DNA of 64,000 bases from a virus. Shown here piece after piece: positions 29,655-38,566 of the stretch (positions are counted from its first letter, which is position 1; the number at the start of each line of letters is the position of its first letter). The DNA is taken from IMG/VR virus record IMGVR_UViG_3300020392_000004. The stretch is one strand, 5' to 3'. Both the position numbers and the translations under genes were made by a program. Under the pieces are notes generated by a model. The model saw nothing but the letters and a program-made list of their open reading frames with translations, was not told where the DNA came from and made no database searches.

Positions 29655-30155
29655 TTATATATTTGCCAAAACATTTTCGGGAGTAGAAACTTCGTATGGG
29701 TCTGACTCTATATTATCCCCATATCCTTCTTCCCAAAATACTTTTTCCATAGTAGTATCGTTTACTACCATTGCATATCTCCATGACCTAATTCCAAAAC
29801 CTAGATTTTCTTTTTGGACATGAGCTCCAACAGCTCTAGTAAATTTACAATTACCATCAGGTAATGCTTTTACCTTTTCGATACCCTGTGCAGTAAACCA
29901 TGAATTCATAACGAAAGTATCATTTACTGACAAACAATAAATTTCGTCTATACCTTTCTCTTGGAACGCAGAATATTGTTCCTCGAAGCCAGGCAATTGG
30001 AAAGTCGAACATGTTGGAGTGTAAGCTCCAGGCAATGCAAAGATAATAATTCTTTTACCTTTAGACATCTCGTGTGTGTTTATGTTCGTCCAATCTCCGT
30101 CAACTCTGACAGGAAGATTAACTTTAGGAATAACTCTTCCAACCATATTTTCCAT
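29655..30155 (-). CDS. peroxiredoxin (Prx5-like)
   Basis: LPGAYTPTCS, SVNDTFVM, DGN, RSWRYAM. Confidence 0.93.
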   Translation of the reverse strand: MENMVGRVIPKVNLPVRVDGDWTNINTHEMSKGKRIIIFALPGAYTPTCSTFQLPGFEEQYSAFQEKGIDEIYCLSVNDTFVMNSWFTAQGIEKVKALPDGNCKFTRAVGAHVQKENLGFGIRSWRYAMVVNDTTMEKVFWEEGYGDNIESDPYEVSTPENVLANI

Positions 30156-30177
30156 AATTAAATACCTCTCTTAAATA

Positions 30178-30214
30178 AGAATAGACTTCCATTATAACAA
30201 TAGAAGTCTATTCT
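30178..30214. repeat. 12-bp perfect inverted repeat between hsp20 and peroxiredoxin
   Basis: AGAATAGACTTC-N13-GAAGTCTATTCT. Confidence 0.85.
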
Positions 30215-30227
30215 GTATATAGGGTTT

Positions 30228-30638
30228 TTAAGAAATTTTTATAGAGACTGGTTTATCCTCATCGGGGATAATTCTCTCTAAACTAACTTTCAAGATACCG
30301 TCTTTTAGACTTGCACCACTGATTTCTACATCATCTGCAAGTGTAAAACTTCTCTTGAATCCTCTAGAAGCTAATCCCTTGTGGACAAAGTCCTTGGATT
30401 CGTCTTCTATCTTACCCTCAATAACAAGGACATTTTTCTCTTTAGTGATAGAAACATCTTTCTTACTGAACCCAGCCACTGCAAGTTCAACGGTGAAGTG
30501 TTCATCGTCTTCCTTTACAACATTGTAAGGTGGGTAGTTAGTTTGTGTAATATTTGACATTCTTTCGAGGTCTTCGAAATACCTATCAAATCCTATTGCG
30601 AACGGTCTGAATTGACCAAATATATCTAAATGCGTCAT
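30228..30638 (-). CDS. small heat shock protein Hsp20 (IbpA-like)
   Basis: NYPPYNV, ELAVAGF, HKGLASRGFKRSFTL, LKDGIL. Confidence 0.95.
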   Translation of the reverse strand: MTHLDIFGQFRPFAIGFDRYFEDLERMSNITQTNYPPYNVVKEDDEHFTVELAVAGFSKKDVSITKEKNVLVIEGKIEDESKDFVHKGLASRGFKRSFTLADDVEISGASLKDGILKVSLERIIPDEDKPVSIKIS

Positions 30639-30644
30639 ATTTTT

Positions 30645-30696
30645 CTCCTTTAATTAAGCAAGTTAATATAATGTAATCCTCTTTTGAGCAATTACA
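30645..30696 (-). promoter_or_regulatory. ROSE-like structured 5' UTR of hsp20
   Basis: CUU(G)CUU pairs with AAGGAG SD; upstream hairpin UGUAAUU(G)CUC-AAAA-GAGGAUUACA. Confidence 0.6.
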
Positions 30697-30700
30697 ATAG

Positions 30701-30742
30701 TATTTATATATTATATGGGGTCAAACTATAAAAAGTCAAGGC
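30701..30742 (-). promoter_or_regulatory. overlapping early (GCCTTGACT-N18-TATAAT) and late (TATAAATA) promoters of hsp20
   Basis: Both motifs seen in sequence. Confidence 0.65.
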
Positions 30743-31350
30743 AGTTTTTGGCAATTTTTTTTTGCACGATTCAAAACTATATTATTGTTTACTATGACTA
30801 ACATCATCATTTTGTTAACACCACTCATAGTTTGTTTGGTAAGAGAGTTATTTTTTGTATCATATTGAATAGTTGGTGTAAGAACTATAGTTTTCCATGC
30901 AAACATTTTTGGAACTGTAGGTCTATCTCCTAGGAAAGGATTCATTTCTTTTACACACCTGTATTTGATTCCACGGTGTGTAGTATAGATATCTACAAGT
31001 TGTAAAGCTGCAAAGGTATAGAGTTGTCCGTCAGTGTATTGTTCAACAAGTGTATATTGTGACTTTCTCTGACTTTCCCTTAACATGTATTGAGTCGACT
31101 TCCACGAATTCTCTTGTTGGACAGCATTGATAAGTTCTTTCCGATAACAACAAGTCCACCCCATCATAATTCCTTGTTTGGCCTTCGAGTCTAGCACCCA
31201 AGTTGACGGCGTCTCCAATGACGGAATAGTCAAATCTAACTTCTGACCCCATGTTTCCGACAATACATTCTCCTGTGCTGATACCAATGCCGACATTGAT
31301 AGGAGGAAGATTGAGAGGAGCGAGTTCCTTATTAAGTTCTTTAGTTGCAT
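30736..31350 (-). CDS. hypothetical exported/membrane protein; 5' part overlaps cyclase gene, start uncertain
   Basis: C-terminal LQLVDIYTT...EMNP motif fills the intergenic gap; N-terminal signal-peptide-like segment. Confidence 0.6.
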   Translation of the reverse strand: MQLKNLIRNSLLSIFLLSMSALVSAQENVLSETWGQKLDLTIPSLETPSTWVLDSKAKQGIMMGWTCCYRKELINAVQQENSWKSTQYMLRESQRKSQYTLVEQYTDGQLYTFAALQLVDIYTTHRGIKYRCVKEMNPFLGDRPTVPKMFAWKTIVLTPTIQYDTKNNSLTKQTMSGVNKMMMLVIVNNNIVLNRAKKNCQKLP

Positions 31351-32881
31351 CTAACACCTCCAGTGCAGATTTTACAGCGAGTTCAGCATGGTCTTCACAA
31401 TCCAAGGGAGCATTCCAAAAACTCATGATACAATCGCCCATATATTTGTCTATGGTTCCTTTATTATTTATTATTATTTTAGTTTGGACATCTAGGAACT
31501 TGTTTATCAAGTCTACTAATCCTTCGGGGTCGTCTTTATTTTTATAAGCTTCGCTTATAGGTGTGAACCCACAGATATCCATGAACATGAATGTCATTTC
31601 CTTTCTTTCTCCACCAAGTCTCAATTTTTCAGGATTCTTGGCCAGTTCGTCAACCATGTCGGGAGATAAATATTTTTGGAACTGTTTCTTAATTTGTTCT
31701 TTGAGTTGATAGGTTCTATAGTATTTGTTGAAAGAAGCATGTCCGAAAACAACTATGGAGGCTATCGATGAGTAGAAAATATCGAAAAGAACGAGAGATG
31801 AAGACCACAAATAGAGACCCCCACCCACCTGAAATCCTACGACACCTAGACTCACTATCCCCGAGTAAATTGTGGGAAGTTTGTAGACCACTCCCAATAT
31901 TCCTAGAAGGACTATCAGAAGAAGAACGAGAGATAGAAATTCAAGATAGTAGGATTGTTGTATTTGAACTCCTGTGGAGACGGAGTGGAGGATATTCCCT
32001 TGAACTTCGTGGGGATACATTACACCCACTGGGGTTGAAACTGGATTATTCAGACCCTCCGCGGTCAGACCCCAAACAAGAATCTTACCCTGAATATTTG
32101 AATTAGATAAATCGGCTGCTGATATTCTGTCAAAATCATTCCAATATGAAATCATAACATCAGCAGTCGGAGTTGTTTCTATAGGTGGATTCCTTCCTAT
32201 ACGAATCCACTCTATTCCAACTTCGGGAGTCACTCTAGTTTGATAATTCTTTTGGTCAAACATTGCACGCATAACCTCTAGTGCAACCGAAGGATATACA
32301 ACTTCATTTGCAGAAACTATCAAAGGTGCAGAACGAACAGTCCCGTCAAAGTTTGGAGTTCCGCTTACAGCTGGTGTGGTGACCGTCACACCAACTCCAT
32401 ATGTGTTTTGTTTCAGGATATCAACTGGACTTGCAATACCCGAGAAGTTCCATATGTGTTCTGATATATCTCCACCTCCAAATACAGATGTCCTGACATA
32501 TGGTGCAGAACCAGTATCTTTTTGAATTGTAGGTGCAGCTGAAAGTATTGTTAAACGATTTACTAATCCTTCTGCAAATGACTCGTCACCCTGAAACCTA
32601 TCAGGTTCTTTGAATAATTGTGTGAATACATGTGTATTAGAATAATGAGTTTCAAAAAGTATATCTGAATATATGTTTCTAGGCCAAGGATATTGACCAT
32701 ATTTTTCTAGAGATTTTTCGTCTATATCAACAAGAACTATATTGTCTACTTGTTCTATTTCGTGTTGTTGGTGTAGAAAGTCAAACCATGACCATGTGAT
32801 ATTTTCTACTAGATATGGATTCCAAACTTTAAGACCGAAGAGCAACCCTATAGTCACTAGGACTGTCTTCCAAGAATACAT
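31043..32881 (-). CDS. CHASE2-domain adenylate/guanylate cyclase
   Basis: IVLVDIDEKSL..YGQYPWPR (CHASE2), 3 TM, FMDICGFT, IDKYMGDCIM, DYSVIGDAVNLGARLE. Confidence 0.95.
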   Translation of the reverse strand: MYSWKTVLVTIGLLFGLKVWNPYLVENITWSWFDFLHQQHEIEQVDNIVLVDIDEKSLEKYGQYPWPRNIYSDILFETHYSNTHVFTQLFKEPDRFQGDESFAEGLVNRLTILSAAPTIQKDTGSAPYVRTSVFGGGDISEHIWNFSGIASPVDILKQNTYGVGVTVTTPAVSGTPNFDGTVRSAPLIVSANEVVYPSVALEVMRAMFDQKNYQTRVTPEVGIEWIRIGRNPPIETTPTADVMISYWNDFDRISAADLSNSNIQGKILVWGLTAEGLNNPVSTPVGVMYPHEVQGNILHSVSTGVQIQQSYYLEFLSLVLLLIVLLGILGVVYKLPTIYSGIVSLGVVGFQVGGGLYLWSSSLVLFDIFYSSIASIVVFGHASFNKYYRTYQLKEQIKKQFQKYLSPDMVDELAKNPEKLRLGGERKEMTFMFMDICGFTPISEAYKNKDDPEGLVDLINKFLDVQTKIIINNKGTIDKYMGDCIMSFWNAPLDCEDHAELAVKSALEVLDATKELNKELAPLNLPPINVGIGISTGECIVGNMGSEVRFDYSVIGDAVNLGARLEGQTRNYDGVDLLLSERTYQCCPTREFVEVDSIHVKGKSEKVTIYTC

Positions 32882-33603
32882 TAGTTCCCTTGAGATACAC
32901 TAACTGAACAACCACCAACTGTATAACAATTTTGAGTTATACTATATGATTTATTATTCCAACCATTTTGATATACAGTGATATCAGTTGGTTGTGTTCC
33001 ATTTAGTATGACACTCATATAATGGTCGCCTGAATTTGTTTGTCGAAGGTCGACTTCATTGTTGTCGTTATAGATATCTAAATTAATATATTGACTTCCA
33101 CCTTCTCTTTGAACTGTGTAGATATCGTTATTATCTCCTTCTAGGTGCAACCAATATTGGTGGCCAGAAGAAGAACTGTTTGTTCTTTGTGTCATAAGAA
33201 CATCATTATAATCACCTGTAATGTTTATGTGTGCAAATGTATTTCCGTATTCTGAATTATCTATAGTAAAGTTTCCGTTAGTTCCAACTTGATATCCTTG
33301 ACCAAGTTTTAAAGTATTTCCGTCTCCCCAAACTCTACGAAGTTCTATGATATTTTGACCTGTTCCATTACCTCTATCTCTAGCTTGTTTTATAATAACA
33401 GTATTGTCGATACCGTCTATTCCTTCTGAAGCAGTCCACTGTTTAACAACATTACGGTATCCTATTTGAGTTATATCGAGTTCGAAGTTATTACCTTCTT
33501 GTTTGATTGTTATTTCGTTGTCGTCTGCGAAAACCATAGGGAGTGACAATGTCACTCCCGTTATAATTCCTAATATTAATAATAATCTTTTTAAAATATC
33601 CAT
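32881..33603 (-). CDS. secreted curlin-like repeat protein
   Basis: Signal peptide; repeats of N-x-I-x-I-x-Q-x-G-x-N type; Asn/Gln/Gly rich. Confidence 0.75.
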   Translation of the reverse strand: MDILKRLLLILGIITGVTLSLPMVFADDNEITIKQEGNNFELDITQIGYRNVVKQWTASEGIDGIDNTVIIKQARDRGNGTGQNIIELRRVWGDGNTLKLGQGYQVGTNGNFTIDNSEYGNTFAHINITGDYNDVLMTQRTNSSSSGHQYWLHLEGDNNDIYTVQREGGSQYINLDIYNDNNEVDLRQTNSGDHYMSVILNGTQPTDITVYQNGWNNKSYSITQNCYTVGGCSVSVSQGN

Positions 33604-33737
33604 GACAATAAAAACACAACTACAATACCTTTAACAAAGGCAAACCACATTGCTTGATACTCTGTTATTTGTAGTCTTTCTATCCACTTATAAGTCAAAT
33701 CTTCATGCCAGTCCCAAATTTTTCTTAATAAGTCCAT
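33591..33737 (-). CDS. small membrane protein (48 aa, not in ORF track)
   Basis: AGGAG SD; MDLLRKIWDWHE...WFAFVKGIVVVFLLSWIF. Confidence 0.65.
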   Translation of the reverse strand: MDLLRKIWDWHEDLTYKWIERLQITEYQAMWFAFVKGIVVVFLLSWIF

Positions 33738-33757
33738 ATATTTCTCCTGTAAATAAG

Positions 33758-33765
33758 TATTTAGT
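33758..33765 (-). promoter_or_regulatory. late promoter (ACTAAATA)
   Basis: Variant of late consensus in intergenic position. Confidence 0.6.
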
Positions 33766-34915
33766 TAGATTGATTAATGAAGATTTGTATTGCGGGGTCT
33801 CCATTCCCAAATTCAATGATACCTTCATATCCTTCAACTCTAGTATCTATGAATCCTGAATTACCATTTTGTATGATAATCTCAATGACTCCATTTACTT
33901 CTCTAAAGAATACTAAATTCCCGTCTTCCTCAAATACATTATATTGTGAATCTTTGTTGAATCCAAAGATTGCACCCTGTAAATTTACTCCTCCAGTTGT
34001 TGCCTGTTTATCTGCAAGAGAAGCTGTTGTCCTAGTTAATTCTTCCACAACATCTAAAACATCTGTTAAGAAGTCTACATCTAAAAAATCTATATCTAAT
34101 CTACTACCCCTTGCATCATAATCGGGGTCATTTGCATAGTCGTCATAGTCTTTTTCTAGTTCATTGAACTCTAAAAAGTCCACATCTAACACCCCTTGGT
34201 CATCATTCATATCTTCTCTAGCCTGCTCTTCTACGGCCTCCTGAACCTCCGTAGGCGGTGCTACAATGAACATATTGTCTATCATAGAGGTTGTTAGGTT
34301 GTTGATTACTACTGACCCTGTAGGTGGTGTTTCTATGGTTGACACCATGGTTGCCTGATACGCTTGATTGAGAGTGACACTTCCACCCTCATTTGATACA
34401 ACTATCTCTCCCGAAGGTGTGACTCCGTCTTCATCAGGAAGCAGAATTACCAATGTTCTTCCGAGTTCGTCTATAGTTGTTGTAAAATCTGTGCCGTTGA
34501 TAGCAATTTGTGCTGTTGGTGTGCTGATATCTATATTTGCTTTCTTTATTTTTTGACCTTGGCCCGAAGCAAAACGGGCGGTTCCTTGAACCATTCTCAA
34601 GGACATTTTTGATAGTGAAGGATTTGGGTCGTAATAGACCTCGTCTATAAAAACTAATGTGTGTTCTATTAAGTCTAGGAATTCTTTGTCAAGGAATTGT
34701 ATTTTCATTCTTCCATTGACTGTTTCAGCAGAGTCGTATAACTCTACACCATATCCAACTGAATGTGGTATGGTTTCATTGTTTCGAACTATCTGTCCGA
34801 TACCTGTGGATTCAACGATGTCTCCAATGGGGTCAGCAAACCCGACCCCACTGATGAACAATAAAAAACTAACTATCGTTAGCTGCGTCTTTCTGATTGA
34901 TTTGAATAACTGCAT
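33761..34915 (-). CDS. FecR-domain exported protein
   Basis: Signal peptide; IQFLD..., LRMVQGTARF, ISTPTAQIAINGTDF; acidic C-terminus. Confidence 0.85.
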   Translation of the reverse strand: MQLFKSIRKTQLTIVSFLLFISGVGFADPIGDIVESTGIGQIVRNNETIPHSVGYGVELYDSAETVNGRMKIQFLDKEFLDLIEHTLVFIDEVYYDPNPSLSKMSLRMVQGTARFASGQGQKIKKANIDISTPTAQIAINGTDFTTTIDELGRTLVILLPDEDGVTPSGEIVVSNEGGSVTLNQAYQATMVSTIETPPTGSVVINNLTTSMIDNMFIVAPPTEVQEAVEEQAREDMNDDQGVLDVDFLEFNELEKDYDDYANDPDYDARGSRLDIDFLDVDFLTDVLDVVEELTRTTASLADKQATTGGVNLQGAIFGFNKDSQYNVFEEDGNLVFFREVNGVIEIIIQNGNSGFIDTRVEGYEGIIEFGNGDPAIQIFINQSN

Positions 34916-35609
34916 TATCACTTTCTATATCTAATACAATAGTTGCATCAGGTGAGGAACAAGTATTACCTGCTCCACTCACACATGTTCCTGATAACTG
35001 GTTGATATCTACATCTGCACTATCTCCAACCAAAGTGAAGTCCAATGTTTGTTCTCCATCTTTTTGAAGTGTGTTAATGTTATTAGAATCACCTGTTATT
35101 TCAAAGTCCCATGTCAAATCATCTGATTCCCAATCAACATCAAAAATGTTTGAGCTTCCGATTAATATTAAGTCGGCATTTAATCTTTCAGCTGATAAAG
35201 CATAACCTTGGTCTAGGTCAAACTGGTTGCTTGAACCTGTGACATCAAAGTTAATGTTTGAATCATCTGTGCTACCTATATAACCGATATTCCAATCTAT
35301 CTTGTTTGAGTCTCCAGTAAAATCTAATTTATAATAACTATCATCAGATATGACTGGCCCAAATAAAATATTTGAATTACCTGCGAAATCTAAATCAAAT
35401 TCTAAACCTGAACCAGTGATTGTCATTGCTGACAGTGAACCACCACTTGCATCATCTCCACCGACTTTGTTTCCAAAACCGATTTGGTCGATGTAAAGTT
35501 TTAGTGTATCACCTTCTTGTGTGATTTTGATTTCGTTATCATCAGTGGCTTGTGCGAAAAGATTTGTCGACAGTAATGCAATTACGCATAAACTAATTAA
35601 TTTATTCAT
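34869..35609 (-). CDS. secreted curlin-like beta-solenoid protein
   Basis: Signal peptide; DDNEIKITQEGD...QIGFGN; GxSN repeats about every 23 aa. Confidence 0.75.
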   Translation of the reverse strand: MNKLISLCVIALLSTNLFAQATDDNEIKITQEGDTLKLYIDQIGFGNKVGGDDASGGSLSAMTITGSGLEFDLDFAGNSNILFGPVISDDSYYKLDFTGDSNKIDWNIGYIGSTDDSNINFDVTGSSNQFDLDQGYALSAERLNADLILIGSSNIFDVDWESDDLTWDFEITGDSNNINTLQKDGEQTLDFTLVGDSADVDINQLSGTCVSGAGNTCSSPDATIVLDIESDNAVIQINQKDAANDS

Positions 35610-36495
35610 TTTCGTTATACCCCTCTATTTCCCAAAAACCTCTATCGTGTCCTTGGTATACTAATTCCAACACTGCAGCTTCAATTGCTGACCGTGTTGC
35701 ATATGTCACTGATTCATTATTACCCACTCCGTCCTCGATTTCTACGAGTTGAGTTCCTTCTTCGATGAATCTAAAAACATCGCCTCCTGAACCATAACTC
35801 AAAATAGTCTTTCGAGATTGGACATTCAATAAAACTTCTCCAGTAAGAACTGATACAGCTCTCATGGAAACTGTGACAGCGTCTTGTCGATACTGTCTAC
35901 TAAAACCAATACCTAGGGTTCGTGCGCCTCGTCCCCCAGTCTTGATATTAGAATCATAACCAATCAAACCACCCTCTATAATAATTCCTGCGAAGAGCAG
36001 TGGCTGAATTCCTTCATCGTCCTGTTCCATTTTCTTTGCATAATCTGACCTTGCAGAACGAATGATTTGTCTTTCACGGACTAAATGGTCTATACCGTTT
36101 CTTTCAACGACTCTGAACCATGTCCCACCTCCAGCAGTCTTTAGTGCGTCTATAACCATTTCTGTTGCACCTTGGGTGACTGCTGTAGAGAAACTTGCAA
36201 TGTTGGTCACTGACTTTCTCTGTCCTGTTTTGTCCATAAAATTATAGACTGCAACTATAGGTTTTTCTTTTGCTGGTGGTAAATTTAATAATTCAACATA
36301 GGCTGGTAGGCTTACAACTTCGGGATTTTCGACACAAATATATTTCCTCGATAGTTGTTTCTTAACTGCACTGTAGACATCTTTCTTGATTCCTTCGTCC
36401 CAACGACTACAGTCCTGTGGTTTTTCAGACCACTGCGGAAAACTTGCACAACCTGACAATGCAATAACCATTGCAAGTAAACCTACTCTTAACAT
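35602..36495 (-). CDS. csgG: curli secretion channel CsgG
   Basis: Lipobox LSGC; VAVYNFMDKTGQRK, STAVTQG, WFRVVER, RERQIIR. Confidence 0.93.
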   Translation of the reverse strand: MLRVGLLAMVIALSGCASFPQWSEKPQDCSRWDEGIKKDVYSAVKKQLSRKYICVENPEVVSLPAYVELLNLPPAKEKPIVAVYNFMDKTGQRKSVTNIASFSTAVTQGATEMVIDALKTAGGGTWFRVVERNGIDHLVRERQIIRSARSDYAKKMEQDDEGIQPLLFAGIIIEGGLIGYDSNIKTGGRGARTLGIGFSRQYRQDAVTVSMRAVSVLTGEVLLNVQSRKTILSYGSGGDVFRFIEEGTQLVEIEDGVGNNESVTYATRSAIEAAVLELVYQGHDRGFWEIEGYNENE

Positions 36496-36989
36496 TAACC
36501 GCCTCCTGTATCAGGGTCTTGACCAAAGTTTCCAGTTCCTACTGGAATCTCTACTATGGTTTCAGAACCGTCCTCTGCTATAATTGTTAACCTAATAAAC
36601 TCTGCACCTGATTCGTCTGTAATAACTTCCCATGTAATAGTATTACCTTCTAGTATGAAGGAACCAAAACCTACAGGATTATCGTTTGCAAACATAGATT
36701 CAACTAATTGTTTTGCAAATTGAGCATAGATTCGCGATTCTAAATTCCTGATAAATTTAGCAAGCGTGGTGTTATCTGCCTCTCTTTCTGCAGCTTTTCT
36801 CGCTGCCTCCAGTGCATCTTCGATTGATTTTTTTCTGCTATGTTCTTGGTTCTCAATCGTAAGATAATGTGCGCCTGTCCCTATTCCACTAAAGCTAGGG
36901 TTCTTAAACTTATGAACTATTTCGTCTGATATTACTGGACTTGATAATCCCAGTAATATTATAAATGTTAAAATATTATTTCTCTTCAT
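36495..36989 (-). CDS. csgF: curli assembly protein CsgF-like
   Basis: Signal peptide then EIVHKFKNPSFSG; F..NLESRIYAQ; adjacent to csgG. Confidence 0.85.
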   Translation of the reverse strand: MKRNNILTFIILLGLSSPVISDEIVHKFKNPSFSGIGTGAHYLTIENQEHSRKKSIEDALEAARKAAEREADNTTLAKFIRNLESRIYAQFAKQLVESMFANDNPVGFGSFILEGNTITWEVITDESGAEFIRLTIIAEDGSETIVEIPVGTGNFGQDPDTGGG

Positions 36990-37272
36990 TCTTTTCCTCT
37001 AAAGCTTTCTTCTCTTCTGCGTCTTCTAATAATTCCTCTTTTTCACGATATTCTAATACCGTGTTCACTTTCGACTGTAATCTAATTAAGTCGTTGTCTA
37101 ACATTCTGATTTGGTCTATGAGTCTAACTAACTCTACTTGGGATTTAGATAGTTTGGGTTTTAACTCTGTAGTTATAAACTTCCAAACGAAGTATATGAA
37201 ATAACCCATGCCCAATGCAAGAACCACGGGGAACCCGAATTCTGCAATCAGTTGAGCTAACTTGTCCATCAA
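36976..37272 (-). CDS. single-pass membrane protein with coiled coil
   Basis: EFGFPVVLALGMGYFIYFVW; paralog of upstream ORF. Confidence 0.75.
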   Translation of the reverse strand: MMDKLAQLIAEFGFPVVLALGMGYFIYFVWKFITTELKPKLSKSQVELVRLIDQIRMLDNDLIRLQSKVNTVLEYREKEELLEDAEEKKALEEKNEEK

Positions 37273-37562
37273 TCTCTACGGGAATCTATCTTCTCGTCTT
37301 CAAGAAAATTCTCAGCTCTTGCAATCCTGTCTATGTCGGGTTTCAATTCTAATGCTGATGATATAAGTAAGTCTATTTTTATCATGTCATTGTTCATCAT
37401 TCGAACTCTTGACTCTAGACTTCCTATGATATTTGCTAATCCAGTGACTTGTCCAACCACTGATTCCAAGATATACTTCAAAGTTAGGAATATAAAGAAC
37501 GCCATTATCACAGCACTTCCTATAGGGATTCCGACTTCACTCAAAAATGTTAACATATTCAT
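37269..37562 (-). CDS. single-pass membrane protein with coiled coil
   Basis: EVGIPIGSAVIMAFFIFLTL; start 5 nt after TATAAATA. Confidence 0.75.
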   Translation of the reverse strand: MNMLTFLSEVGIPIGSAVIMAFFIFLTLKYILESVVGQVTGLANIIGSLESRVRMMNNDMIKIDLLISSALELKPDIDRIARAENFLEDEKIDSRRD

Positions 37563-37567
37563 ACCAT

Positions 37568-37575
37568 TATTTATA
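37568..37575 (-). promoter_or_regulatory. late promoter TATAAATA heading the curli-like operon
   Basis: Exact consensus just downstream of a terminator. Confidence 0.75.
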
Positions 37576-37597
37576 CTTTTGAGTTTACTGTAGGCGT

Positions 37598-37625
37598 AAA
37601 AAAACACGACCCGAAGGTCGTGTTT
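37598..37625 (-). terminator. rho-independent terminator
   Basis: AAACACGACC-UUCG-GGUCGUGUUUUUUU. Confidence 0.9.
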
Positions 37626-37637
37626 AGTATTCTCTTG

Positions 37638-37901
37638 TTATTTTATTTGAGAATGGATTGAATTAACAACTGAAGCCTTTTTTGCAGACCTTTTAATTGA
37701 GAGATTTCTCTTATCTGCAAATTCTATTAGTTGTGCTTTTGTGAGTCTATTCAACTCTGCCTTTGAAGTAATTCCATTATCGTTTGCATCTGCAACGACT
37801 TCACTCGGAGTATCAACTACTACGGGTGAAGATGAGGTATCTCTCCAAAAGTAAACACCAACGGCTAGCAATACTAACAATCCTATCGCTAAATATTCCA
37901 T
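37638..37901 (-). CDS. membrane-anchored protein with small C-terminal helical (SAP/Rho-N-like) domain
   Basis: N-terminal TM; LNRLTKAQLIEFA. Confidence 0.65.
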   Translation of the reverse strand: MEYLAIGLLVLLAVGVYFWRDTSSSPVVVDTPSEVVADANDNGITSKAELNRLTKAQLIEFADKRNLSIKRSAKKASVVNSIHSQIK

Positions 37902-37937
37902 AATATTTCCTCATAATTAATTAATTATCATAGGTAT

Positions 37938-38114
37938 TTATTTGTCCTTTGCCTTACCGATATTGAGCGCAAACCAATCAATTACTTTATAATATTTGGC
38001 TACCCACTCATCATCTTTAGGTGTAGGTGTTAAGGCTGCAACTGCTGAAGCACCCATAACTAACCACGGGACAATTTTAACCAATACTAAAATCATCTGA
38101 ATGAATTCTAACAT
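37938..38114 (-). CDS. small membrane protein
   Basis: GGAGGAG SD; ASAVAALTPTPKDD...ALNIGKAK. Confidence 0.7.
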   Translation of the reverse strand: MLEFIQMILVLVKIVPWLVMGASAVAALTPTPKDDEWVAKYYKVIDWFALNIGKAKDK

Positions 38115-38161
38115 TGTATCTCCTCCCGAAACCATTTATGATTCCGTAAGGTTATTTAGGA

Positions 38162-38566
38162 CTAATTACCACCTATACTGTATTTAGTCGTCAATTTCCA
38201 GTCGTTTTTTTCCTTAAAAGGAATGATTTTGATTTGTGATAACGGTGCTTTTGGTTCCTCAATTTGTGATTTATTGACTACAGATACTAGGTTCCATTGT
38301 TCTAAAAGACCAACAATAGTGTTCCTTCTACCTATATCTGACTCGTCAATATTTGTAGGTTTACCGTCTAATTTGAATAGTTCTTTGAAATGGGTAATGT
38401 AATACTTACCCCTTTTGTGTAGTATATGACATGATTGGAAGAGTTCTTGCTCCCTTCTAGAGGCCACTCCTATGCGTGATAAGGTTTCTCTTATCTTTAA
38501 GAAATCGTCTCTTTCGGGAAATGTGACCTCGACTAGGTCTTTTACTATATCTTCTTGGTTATCCAT
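38162..38566 (-). CDS. regA: translational repressor RegA
   Basis: DDFLKIRETLSRIG, LFQSCHILHKRGKYYITHFKELF. Confidence 0.96.
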   Translation of the reverse strand: MDNQEDIVKDLVEVTFPERDDFLKIRETLSRIGVASRREQELFQSCHILHKRGKYYITHFKELFKLDGKPTNIDESDIGRRNTIVGLLEQWNLVSVVNKSQIEEPKAPLSQIKIIPFKEKNDWKLTTKYSIGGN

